This document shows, in pieces, positions 29,271-37,905 of a DNA stretch of 64,000 bases. The notes beneath the pieces were generated by a model. That model searched no databases, was not told where the DNA came from, and saw only the letters and a list, made by a program, of their open reading frames with translations. A program made the translations under genes and the position numbers. Origin of the DNA: an uncultured delta proteobacterium (GTDB taxonomy: Bacteria > Myxococcota > Myxococcia > Myxococcales > Myxococcaceae); the NCBI GenBank assembly GCA_963713045.1, contig CAVQKE010000001.1, forward strand, positions 384,001 to 448,000, written 5' to 3'. Numbering within the stretch: the stretch's first letter is position 1; the number at the start of each line of letters is the position of its first letter.

Positions 29271-29298
29271 TTGACCGGCCCCCCACCCCCCCTACACT
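29271..29298 (+). promoter_or_regulatory. Putative sigma70 promoter for ftsK
   Basis: TTGACC-16 nt-TACACT ~55 bp upstream of ftsK ATG. Confidence 0.5.
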
Positions 29299-29351
29299 CG
29301 CTCGACGCTCCAGAGTGGTTGCGAGCTGTAACAGCGAGGGTGTCACCGGCC

Positions 29352-32129
29352 ATGGCGGCAGCGCGGAAAGGACGAGCGGAGAAGGCTGTCTTGTCGCGGC
29401 AGGACATCACCTCGCGCCGGCGCAAGCTGGAACGTCAAAAGGTGGAAGCTGCAGGTGGCGGCTGGCGGCCGTTCGCCGCCTTGGGCCTGTTGGCGCTGTC
29501 CAGCTTGGGCCTGGTGGCCCTCTTCAGCGAAAGCGGCGGCCTGCACCCGGCCAATGCCGCCGGTCCGGTGGGGCACGCCCTGTCGGCGCTGTTGTCCGGT
29601 TGGCTGGGGGTGTGCGCCGCGGCCATTCCGCTGGCCGGACTGTACGTCGCCGGCGCGCTGGCGGTGGGTGCCCGCGGCCGACGGCGCTGGCCGCAGGTTT
29701 TGTCCGCCACCGCGCTGCTGTTGTGCGTGGCGGTGCTGGCCGAACTGATTGCCGGCCGCCCGGACGCCCTTCACCCTCCCGGGGGGGCGGTCGGCCTGGC
29801 GTTGGCCGAGACGTTGACGGCGTGGTTTTCGGTGGTGGGCACGGTGATTGTGGTGGCCGCGGTGGGCGGTGGCGCGCTGCTGGTCACCACCCGCTTTGCC
29901 CTGTTGCGCTGGCTGGCCGCGGCCGGGCGCGGCCTCCTCGGCGTGGCGGAAAAAGGGCGCGCCGTCTTCCGCGCGCTGGGGGCAGCCAAGCAGCGCGCAC
30001 TGGAGGCGCGGACGCGCGCCCGGGCGGAGGCCAAGCTGGAGGAGGCTGCCTTCCTGGCGCAGCTGGAGGCGGATGACGAGGAACTGGCCGACGCCGAGCG
30101 CGAGGCGGGAGAGGCCGAAGCAGTGGCTGAGGAAGCGATGCGGCTGCACCATGAGGCCGAGGCGGCGCAGCTGCGCACGCCGCCCGCGGCCTCCCCCGGG
30201 ACCGACCCGGCCTGGGCCGCCTCGCTGGCCTCGGGGGTGACTGCGGCGGCGGAGCCCTCCGGCCGACGGCGGCGCCAGGCGGACGGCGCGCCGGTGGAGG
30301 GCCAAGCCACCGCGCCCGCGGCCATCGGCGAGGCCGTGCCCCCGCTGGCCCCGCCCCGGACGCCCCTGATTGTCGAGCCGAAGGCGCCTCCCAAGCCAAC
30401 CGCGCGCAAGGAGCAGGAGCAATTCGAATTCGTCGGGGGGCGGACCCGCTTCACCCTGCCGCCGTTGGACGTTTTGAGTTGCGAGAGGAAAGAGCGCAGC
30501 GCCCTGGACAAGGAAGTCTTCCTCAGCACCGCCGAGAAGCTGCGGGCGAAGCTGGCGGACTTCGGCATTGACGGCGAGGTGGTGGAGATTCGCCCCGGCC
30601 CGGTCGTCACCATGTACGAATTTCTCCCCGGGCCGGGCATCAAAGTTTCCAAAATTGCCTCCTTGGCCGATGACTTGGCCATGGCCATGGAAGCGATGCG
30701 GGTGCGGATTGTGGCCCCCATCCCGGGCAAGGGCGTGGTGGGGATTGAAGTCCCCAACCGCGACCGGGAGACGGTTTATCTGCGAGAGATTGTGGAGCAG
30801 GACGTCTTCCAGCGCTCGGCGTCCAAGCTGACGATGGCCCTGGGCAAGGACATCGAAGGCATGCCCTACGTCTTCGACTTGGCCAAGGCGCCGCACCTCC
30901 TCATCGCCGGCACCACCGGCTCCGGTAAGTCGGTGGCCGTCAACGCGATGATTATGAGCATCCTCCTCAAGGCGACGCCGGAGGAGGTCCGTTTCCTGAT
31001 GGTGGACCCGAAGATGCTCGAGCTCTCGGTGTACGAGGGCATTCCCCACCTGTTGTTGCCGGTGGTGACCGACCCCAAGAAGGCGGCGCTGGCACTGCGC
31101 TGGGCGGTGGAGGAGATGGAGCGCCGCTACGCGCTGCTGGCCGAGGCCGGCGTGCGCAACATCGCCGGCTACAACAAGTTGGTGGAAGGCGCTGGCGGCG
31201 ATGCACGCGCGCTGCTGGCGGCCAAAGAATCTGAGTCCCAGCGGGCGGCCCGCCCAGCCTCGACGCTGATTGTCGACGTGGCGGAGGGCGAGTCCGAGGA
31301 AGAGGCACTCTCCCGGGCGCGGGCCGAGTCGGTGGGCGTGCCGGTACCGAGGGAAGGGCCGGAGGAGCTGCGAGCGAGCCTCCACCCGGTGGAGACGGTG
31401 GAGGCGGCCAGCGTCCCGGCCGCCGACGCGTCCATTGAAGGGCGGGAGCTGCGCAAGCTTCCGTACCTGGTGGTCATCATCGATGAACTGGCGGACTTGA
31501 TGATGGTGGCCAGCCGAGAGGTGGAGACCTCCATCGCCCGGCTGGCGCAGATGGCACGGGCGGCGGGCATCCACTTGATGGTGGCCACCCAAAGGCCCTC
31601 CACCGACGTGGTGACCGGCGTCATCAAGGCCAACTTCCCGACCCGCATCACCTTCATGCTGCGCACCAAGCCAGATTCAATGACGATTCTCGGCACCACC
31701 GGGGCCGAGTCGCTGCTGGGCATGGGCGACATGCTGCTGATGCCGCCCACCAGCGCGCACCTCACCCGCGTCCATGGGGCTTTCGTCTCGGAGCCGGAAA
31801 TCAAGGCTGCGGTGGACCACCTCAAAGCCCAGGGCAAACCCGTCTATGACGAGTCCATCCTCCGGGCCCGGGAGGAGGACGCCTCCGACGGTGGCCTGGA
31901 GGATGAACTCTCCGACGAATTGTATGACCAGGCGCTGGCCACGGTGAGCGAGATGCGCCAGGTCAGCATCAGCATGCTGCAGCGGAAGATGCGCATCGGC
32001 TACAACCGCGCGGCGCGGATGATTGAACGGATGGAGCGCGATGGCGTGGTGGGACCGGCCGATGGCGCCAAGCCGCGCGAGGTGTTTCTTCGCCCGTTGG
32101 GTGAGATGCCTGGGGCCGGCGCCCCCTGA
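29352..32129 (+). CDS. ftsK: DNA translocase FtsK
   Basis: N-terminal TMs; GPVVTMYE, PHLLIAGTTGSGKS, IDELADLM, ATQRPS, gamma domain LQRKMRIGYNRAAR. Confidence 0.96.
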   Translation: MAAARKGRAEKAVLSRQDITSRRRKLERQKVEAAGGGWRPFAALGLLALSSLGLVALFSESGGLHPANAAGPVGHALSALLSGWLGVCAAAIPLAGLYVAGALAVGARGRRRWPQVLSATALLLCVAVLAELIAGRPDALHPPGGAVGLALAETLTAWFSVVGTVIVVAAVGGGALLVTTRFALLRWLAAAGRGLLGVAEKGRAVFRALGAAKQRALEARTRARAEAKLEEAAFLAQLEADDEELADAEREAGEAEAVAEEAMRLHHEAEAAQLRTPPAASPGTDPAWAASLASGVTAAAEPSGRRRRQADGAPVEGQATAPAAIGEAVPPLAPPRTPLIVEPKAPPKPTARKEQEQFEFVGGRTRFTLPPLDVLSCERKERSALDKEVFLSTAEKLRAKLADFGIDGEVVEIRPGPVVTMYEFLPGPGIKVSKIASLADDLAMAMEAMRVRIVAPIPGKGVVGIEVPNRDRETVYLREIVEQDVFQRSASKLTMALGKDIEGMPYVFDLAKAPHLLIAGTTGSGKSVAVNAMIMSILLKATPEEVRFLMVDPKMLELSVYEGIPHLLLPVVTDPKKAALALRWAVEEMERRYALLAEAGVRNIAGYNKLVEGAGGDARALLAAKESESQRAARPASTLIVDVAEGESEEEALSRARAESVGVPVPREGPEELRASLHPVETVEAASVPAADASIEGRELRKLPYLVVIIDELADLMMVASREVETSIARLAQMARAAGIHLMVATQRPSTDVVTGVIKANFPTRITFMLRTKPDSMTILGTTGAESLLGMGDMLLMPPTSAHLTRVHGAFVSEPEIKAAVDHLKAQGKPVYDESILRAREEDASDGGLEDELSDELYDQALATVSEMRQVSISMLQRKMRIGYNRAARMIERMERDGVVGPADGAKPREVFLRPLGEMPGAGAP

Positions 32130-32159
32130 CGCCTGGCCGCCGGCAAACCAATAATTTCA

Positions 32160-32456
32160 CTAGGCTTTTCGCCCGTTTGGCGGACATTCCGTAAGCAACG
32201 GATTGCTGAGGCCCCCCCAGTCGGAAGGCCGTGCCCAGCACTGGCCGCGCCCGCTGCAGCGCGCGCGCGGCGCGCTGCACCCCCCAGCGCAACGCAGGGA
32301 AAGGCCGGCGGCCATGCCCAGCGCAAGGCCAGTCCGGCCGTGGCCGACGGCCCGGCCCACCGCGAAGCCCACCAGCGCGGCACTGCCGACGTCCACCAGC
32401 GCGCCGGTGGCGCGCGTGCGGGAAAGGGCGACGACAAGGGGTGGGGCGTACTGCAT
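32160..32456 (-). pseudogene. Small membrane protein gene, probably frameshifted
   Basis: RBS-like AAGGGA + ATG; hydrophobic frame to ...GMAAGLSL, continuing naturally as ALRWGVQRAARAL only in another frame near 32294. Confidence 0.35.
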
Positions 32457-32503
32457 GGCCACGTCCCTTGACGCCACTAGCATAGTCTTTCGCCCCCGCG
32501 CCC

Positions 32504-33670
32504 ATGCCGCCCCGCCTTCCCCTGTTTGCCACCGCTGCCCGAGGCACGGAAGCCCTGCTGGCCGAGGAGTTGGAGGAGTTGGGGGCGGTGCGCCTGCGCC
32601 GGGACCTGGGGGGCGTGCGCTTCAGCGCCAACCTGACGGAGGCGCTGCGCGTCTGCCTCTGGACGCGCCTGGCGATGCGGGTGCTGTGGCCGGTGGGCGA
32701 GGGAGAGGCCAGCGGCGCCGAAGGGCTGTATGCCGTCGCCGAAGCCGTCCCCTGGGAGGACTATTTGACGCCGGACACCACCTTCGCGGTGGAGGCTTCG
32801 CTGCAACATTCGGAGCACGCGCATTCCGGCTTCGTCGCCCTGAAGCTGAAGGACGCCATTGTGGACAGAATGCGGGCCAAGGTGGGCCGGCGTCCGGACG
32901 TGGACAGCCGTGCCCCAGCGGTGCGGGTGGTGGCCCACCTGTCCGGCACCTGGCTGCAGCTGTCGCTGGACTTGGCCGGCGAGGCGCTTCACCGCCGGGG
33001 GTACCGCATTCGCCCCACAGTCGCGCCCCTGAAGGAAACGCTGGCTGCGGCGATGCTGCGGGCGGCCCGCTTCAGCGCTGAGGAGCCGGTGTTGGACGCC
33101 CTCTGCGGCTCCGGCACCCTGTTGATTGAGGCGGCGTGGGTGGCGGCGCGCCGGGCCCCCGGGCTGGGGCGCCGCTTCGCGGTGGAGGGTTGGCCCCAGC
33201 TGGGGCCCCTGGCGCGGCCGGTGTTGGCCCAGCTACGGGCTGAGGCCTTGGCTGGCCAACGCCCAGTGCCTGTCCCCCTGTGGGGCTTTGACAAGGACAC
33301 CGACGCGCTGGCCGCGGCGCGCGCCAACCTGCGGGCCAGTGGGCTGACGGGCGCCGTGGTGCTGCGGGAAGGGGACGCCACGCGCCCGCTGCCACTGCCT
33401 TCCGGCGTCAGCGGCCTCTTAATAACAAACCCCCCTTACGGCGACAGGCTGGGCAAGGGCGGCCAAAAGGGGATGAAGTCCTTCTACTTCCAGCTGGGCG
33501 AGCAATTCGACGCGCTGGCCCGCTTCCGCGCGGCCATTCTGGCCGGGAACCCGGGCTTTGAAAGCGCCTTCCACCACCGTCCGGTGGCCCGCCTGCCGCT
33601 GTGGAATGGCCCCATTGCCTGCACCCTCCTCAGCTACGCGGCGCCCGGGCCCAAGGGCGGTGCGCGCTGA
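32504..33670 (+). CDS. THUMP-domain class I SAM RNA methyltransferase (RlmL-like)
   Basis: LHRRGYR, APLKETLAA, D..CGSGT, NPPYG. Confidence 0.9.
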   Translation: MPPRLPLFATAARGTEALLAEELEELGAVRLRRDLGGVRFSANLTEALRVCLWTRLAMRVLWPVGEGEASGAEGLYAVAEAVPWEDYLTPDTTFAVEASLQHSEHAHSGFVALKLKDAIVDRMRAKVGRRPDVDSRAPAVRVVAHLSGTWLQLSLDLAGEALHRRGYRIRPTVAPLKETLAAAMLRAARFSAEEPVLDALCGSGTLLIEAAWVAARRAPGLGRRFAVEGWPQLGPLARPVLAQLRAEALAGQRPVPVPLWGFDKDTDALAAARANLRASGLTGAVVLREGDATRPLPLPSGVSGLLITNPPYGDRLGKGGQKGMKSFYFQLGEQFDALARFRAAILAGNPGFESAFHHRPVARLPLWNGPIACTLLSYAAPGPKGGAR

Positions 33671-33715
33671 AGGTTGTACCGCTGGCCCAGGGGGGACTTC
33701 CCCGGGCCCTTCCGG

Positions 33716-34309
33716 TTACAGCCGCCGCTCCACCCGCCGCCACAGCCGGCGGATGTTGCCCCGGTGCGTCCACAGCATCCCCAGGTACAGCGCCAGGGTG
33801 AGGCCGACGGCAAGCCGCGTCCCCGGCCAAAGGGCTGCGGCGGCCAGCGCGGCCGGCCCCGCAACCAGAGAGGCGAGGCTACTGACGCGGCTGAGGAGGA
33901 AGACAAGGGCGTAGGCCAGCACCCCGGCCAGCGCTGCGGCCGGGACGAGGACGGCCAGCACACCCAAGGCAGTGGCCACGCCCTTGCCGCCGCGAAAGCC
34001 CAGCCACACCGGGGCGACGTGGCCCCAGAAGGCGGACAGTCCGGCCAGCGCCGGCAGCAAGGGCGCCTGGGGGAAAAGGGCTTGGGCCAGAAGCACCGCC
34101 AGGGCGCCTTTGCCTGCGTCCAAGAAGAGAACCAGAAGGCCGGGGGCCCACCCGGCGGCCCGCACCACATTGGTGGCGCCGACGTTGCCGCTGCCCACCG
34201 CACGCACGTCCACCCCGCGCACCGCGCGGGCCACCAGGTAACCCGACGGGAAGCTGCCGAGGACGTAGCCCAGGGCGGCGGCGGCCGCCGCCGCAAGGCC
34301 GCCTGTCAC
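33716..34309 (-). CDS. plsY: Glycerol-3-phosphate acyltransferase PlsY
   Basis: YVLGSFP, GSGNVGATN, DAGKG, FRGGKGVAT, HRGNIRRL. Confidence 0.93.
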   Translation of the reverse strand: MTGGLAAAAAAALGYVLGSFPSGYLVARAVRGVDVRAVGSGNVGATNVVRAAGWAPGLLVLFLDAGKGALAVLLAQALFPQAPLLPALAGLSAFWGHVAPVWLGFRGGKGVATALGVLAVLVPAAALAGVLAYALVFLLSRVSSLASLVAGPAALAAAALWPGTRLAVGLTLALYLGMLWTHRGNIRRLWRRVERRL

Positions 34310-34731
34310 GGCCAGCCCAAAAAGCGCACCCGCACCACCACCACCGCGTAATTGACAAGCAGCGCGGCGAAAACCACGCCGCGTGCAAGGCGCGCCTCTC
34401 TCTCGCTGCAACAAACAGTTGGCAGCGGCAGCCGGAACAGCAGCTGCAGTGCCGCCACCACCGCGCACGCCGCGAAGCCCAGGGCGGCCACTGTCCCCAA
34501 GGGGTTGGCGTCAAAGGCCCCGGCAATGTCGCCCTGTGCTACCCGCATTGCCACCCGGGTGAGGCCGCATCCCGGACAGGGCCAGCCGGTGTGCGCGCGG
34601 AAGGCGCAAGGAAAAAGCGGCAGCCGCGCAAACGAAAGCACCCGCGCCAAAAGAAGGCCCAACAGGCCGGCCAGCCCGAGGGCGTGGAGGAAGCCGAAGC
34701 GGCGCGTCCGGGCTGTCCAGCGCAGCGTCAC
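34306..34731 (-). CDS. DUF2752-type membrane protein
   Basis: CAFRAHTGWPCPGCGLTR ... ANP motif. Confidence 0.8.
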   Translation of the reverse strand: MTLRWTARTRRFGFLHALGLAGLLGLLLARVLSFARLPLFPCAFRAHTGWPCPGCGLTRVAMRVAQGDIAGAFDANPLGTVAALGFAACAVVAALQLLFRLPLPTVCCSEREARLARGVVFAALLVNYAVVVVRVRFLGWP

Positions 34732-34741
34732 AAGGCAGTCC

Positions 34742-35587
34742 TCATTGGCCGGCGTGGCCCAACGCCGCGTAAATGGCAGCGCCGAAGAGGGCGGCCCCGA
34801 CCCCGACGCAGCAGCACAACAGCAGTCCCGGAAGCACCACCGCGCCCGTGGCGCGCCCCACCGTCGTCTCCTGCACCGAAGCCAAGCCGATGATGAGGAG
34901 AAATCCCCCATACAGCCCAGCCAGAATGCCCAGGCAGGGAATGAGGCCGACAATGTTGGGGGCGGCGGCGTAGGCGACGACGCGGAAGGTGGCGTAGAAG
35001 CCGTTTTTTCCTGCGCCCAGCAACAGGCAAAACAGGTGTTGGATGGCGGCGAAGATGATGAGGCCCACCGGGTAGAGAAACAGGCTGAAGCCGAGTTGAA
35101 GCCCGCTCGCACTACCAGCCCAGTTGCGGATGGCCGCGCGGGCCTCCGGCGGAAGCTGGCCCATCTGGTCCAGCACCTGCTGGAGGTTGGCCTTGCTGAG
35201 GCCGCTGAAGGGCGCAGACACCAACAGGCCCACCGCAAAAAGAAGCCAGGCGTAAAGAAGCGCGTCGGTCCAGCTGCCGTCGGGCTTCACCGAGGCCCAA
35301 AAGGCCTGGGGGGTGAAGATGGTTTGCTTCCAGGTGTCGAAGAGGCCATGAAACCAACCCACCGTGGCGCGCCGTTCCCAGGGCGTGTCCTCCCGGCCGG
35401 CCGGCCCCGGTCCGATGCTGCCCGGGCCGCCCGGACCGCTGGGCCCTCCCCAGCCAGCGCCGTGGCTTTCTGGCGCCGCGCCGGGGAAGGCAGGCACGTC
35501 AACCTGCTGTCCGCAGTTGGGGCAAAACTGAAGCCCGCTGCGGTCGGTGGTGAAGACGGAAGCGCAGCGCGGACAGCGGGCTTGCAT
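34742..35587 (-). CDS. Zinc-ribbon + Yip1 family membrane protein
   Basis: CPRC...FCPNCG, PWE, TFRVVAYA, ~5 TMs. Confidence 0.8.
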   Translation of the reverse strand: MQARCPRCASVFTTDRSGLQFCPNCGQQVDVPAFPGAAPESHGAGWGGPSGPGGPGSIGPGPAGREDTPWERRATVGWFHGLFDTWKQTIFTPQAFWASVKPDGSWTDALLYAWLLFAVGLLVSAPFSGLSKANLQQVLDQMGQLPPEARAAIRNWAGSASGLQLGFSLFLYPVGLIIFAAIQHLFCLLLGAGKNGFYATFRVVAYAAAPNIVGLIPCLGILAGLYGGFLLIIGLASVQETTVGRATGAVVLPGLLLCCCVGVGAALFGAAIYAALGHAGQ

Positions 35588-35695
35588 GGGTGTCTCCCCG
35601 CGAAGGGGGTGAAGGGACGTGGGGGAGACTACGGGCCTGCACAAAGGCCGGGCAAGGACTTCAGGCGTGGGAGGCGCGTGCTGTGGTGCACGAAA

Positions 35696-36256
35696 ATGCC
35701 CCACGGCTACACCATGCAGTCCGTCCGCGGCGCCGCGGAACGTGCCGTGGCGGTGGCGCGCCGCTTTCTCCTCGCACAGGACGCGCAGTCCGACATTCAC
35801 GACGTGCAGGCGGACCCTCGCTTTCAGGCCCGGGGCGTGGACTTGCTGTGGGCGACCGGCGAACAGCTGTTGGGGGTGGAGGTGAAGGGGGACCGCCAGG
35901 CGGCGCGCAGGGGCCACTACTTCTTTGAATTGGTCTCCAACCTCGAGAAAAATACGCCGGGCTGTTTCCTCTATTCCACCGCGGACCTTCTGCTGTTCGT
36001 CGTCTTCCAGCGGATGGAGGTGCACCAGCTTCCGCTTCCGGTGACGCGAAGCTGGTTTCTACAGTGCGCCCGCCGCTACCCGCTCCGCCACACCACCACG
36101 CGCCTCGGCGCCGAGGGCTACACCAGCGTCGGTGCCCTGGTGGCCGTCCGGGACGTCCTTTTGGAAGTGCCGGGGGCGCGCCGCGTCCGGCACGCGGAGT
36201 GGGCGGGGCCAGACAGCGGTGGCCACGCCCGCGTCGACGTCCCCCTTATGCCCTAG
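35696..36256 (+). CDS. Hypothetical protein with PD-(D/E)XK nuclease-like motif
   Basis: GVDLL...VEVKGD...FFELVSN...GC. Confidence 0.6.
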   Translation: MPHGYTMQSVRGAAERAVAVARRFLLAQDAQSDIHDVQADPRFQARGVDLLWATGEQLLGVEVKGDRQAARRGHYFFELVSNLEKNTPGCFLYSTADLLLFVVFQRMEVHQLPLPVTRSWFLQCARRYPLRHTTTRLGAEGYTSVGALVAVRDVLLEVPGARRVRHAEWAGPDSGGHARVDVPLMP

Positions 36257-37806
36257 GCGGCACCGGCTTTCGCTGCCGGACGTCCGGGCGCAGGGACGGT
36301 GGGCCAGACGGTGGGGTGCCGCCGGCCGTCCTCCACCCGCGCCGCGAGGAAGGGCGTGCAGCCTCTTTCGGCAAAGGCGCGGCGGAAGGCAGCGAAGGTG
36401 CCGCCGGCGCGCCAGGCCTCCTGGGCGGCCAGCCCGGCCTCCGGCCCGCACTGGGCCAGCATGTACTCCACCCAGGCCCAGCGCGCCGACGTCGGCCGGA
36501 CGTCGGCCTTGCCCCGAAGGCCAGTGCGCAACTGCGCCAGCCGGCGTTCCACCGTCCGAATGCCGGCAAAGGGAGAGCCGTCCAGCGGCGTGTGCCGCTT
36601 GGCAACGAAGGGGGCGACGCCCAGGGCCACCGGGACAATGCGCGACAATTCGCGCGTGAAGCGCACCAATTCATCCACGTCCGCGTCCTCTTCCAGCGGC
36701 AACCCCACCATGCTGTACACCTTGAGGCGCTGCATCCCGGCCGCGGCGGCGTAGCGGGCGGCGCGGAGAAGCTGTTCTTCGGAGTGCTTGCGGTCCACCA
36801 AGTCGCGCATGCGCTGGCTCGCCCCGTCGGAGGCCACGGTGAGGGTGCGGGCGCCACCGCGGCGGAGGGTGTCCACCAACTCTTGCGACAGGCGGTCGGC
36901 CCGAAGCGAGGAGACGCCCACTTCACGGCCGGCGTCCACCAAGGCGCGCAACAATTCGACGATGCGCGGATGGTCGGTCACCGCCGCCCCCACCAGCCCC
37001 ACCCGTCGGGCGGCGGGGGGGACCAAGTCCAACACTTTTTCGGGAGGCACGGTGCGCATGCCGCCGTTGGTGGTGCGGCGCATGACGCAGTAGTGGCAAC
37101 CGCGGCTACAGCCACGCTCCGGTTCAATGAGGAACATGCTTCGCAGTTCCGTGTGGGGCGTGAGTATTTGGGAGCGCGCCGGAAGCCAGCTGTCAGGGGC
37201 CCGGGCCACGTGAAGCGCATCCCCGCCGCGGCCCGGGACCCGGAAGCCGGGGGTGGAGGCCAGGTGGGACAGAAGCGCCTCGCGCCGGGGAAAGGCCTGC
37301 ACCGCGGCCAAAAGCGCGTGGACCAGCCCCTCGGCCTCGCCCTGCACCAAGACGTCGACGAAGGGTTCCAAAGGCGCTGGGTTGGAAAACGTCAGGGGCC
37401 CACCGGCCACCACCAGCGGATTGCTGTCCAGCCTGTCTTTGGCCAGCACCGGAAGCCCGGCCAAGGACAGCATGCTGAGCAGGCCCGTCAGTTCCAATTC
37501 ATAGGCGACGGAGAAGGCCAGAAGGCCGAAGGCAGCGACGGGGGCTTGGGACTCCAGCGTGAAAAGGGGCACCCGGCTGGCAACAAAGCCGTCGACGTCC
37601 TCCGGGAGAAATGCCCTCTCCGCCGTCGCGCCCGGGTGCGCATGAATTTCCCGGTAGATGGTTTGAAAGCCGAGGCTACTCATCCCCACGTGGTAGGGGC
37701 TGGGGTAGCAGAGGGCCACCCGCAGCGGCGCCACCTTGTGAAGGGTGCCTTCCTCGGCCGCGAGTAGGCGGGCGGCTTCTGCCAGCAGCTGGTGGGCATT
37801 CAGCAC
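36253..37806 (-). CDS. Radical SAM protein (B12-binding-like N-terminus)
   Basis: YPSPYHVGMSSLG, GGP..NP, ERGCSRGCHYC (CxxxCxxC), SSLR. Confidence 0.88.
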   Translation of the reverse strand: MLNAHQLLAEAARLLAAEEGTLHKVAPLRVALCYPSPYHVGMSSLGFQTIYREIHAHPGATAERAFLPEDVDGFVASRVPLFTLESQAPVAAFGLLAFSVAYELELTGLLSMLSLAGLPVLAKDRLDSNPLVVAGGPLTFSNPAPLEPFVDVLVQGEAEGLVHALLAAVQAFPRREALLSHLASTPGFRVPGRGGDALHVARAPDSWLPARSQILTPHTELRSMFLIEPERGCSRGCHYCVMRRTTNGGMRTVPPEKVLDLVPPAARRVGLVGAAVTDHPRIVELLRALVDAGREVGVSSLRADRLSQELVDTLRRGGARTLTVASDGASQRMRDLVDRKHSEEQLLRAARYAAAAGMQRLKVYSMVGLPLEEDADVDELVRFTRELSRIVPVALGVAPFVAKRHTPLDGSPFAGIRTVERRLAQLRTGLRGKADVRPTSARWAWVEYMLAQCGPEAGLAAQEAWRAGGTFAAFRRAFAERGCTPFLAARVEDGRRHPTVWPTVPAPGRPAAKAGAA

Positions 37807-37828
37807 GGGAAAAAGAAGGGTTTAGCCC

Positions 37829-37873
37829 AAAAAGCCACGGCCCCGCGCGGACTGGACGTCCGAGCGGGGCCGC
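37829..37873 (-). terminator. Intrinsic terminator after the oar-lipoprotein operon
   Basis: Stem CGGCCCCGC..CGGAC/GTCCG..GCGGGGCCG followed within a few nt by TTTTT on minus strand. Confidence 0.6.
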
Positions 37874-37905
37874 GGGTGCTTCGAAGGTGCAGGCCGCCTG
37901 GGGCG

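Noticed and set aside
29343..31592. 749-aa minus-strand ORF
   Set aside because: Antisense shadow of ftsK
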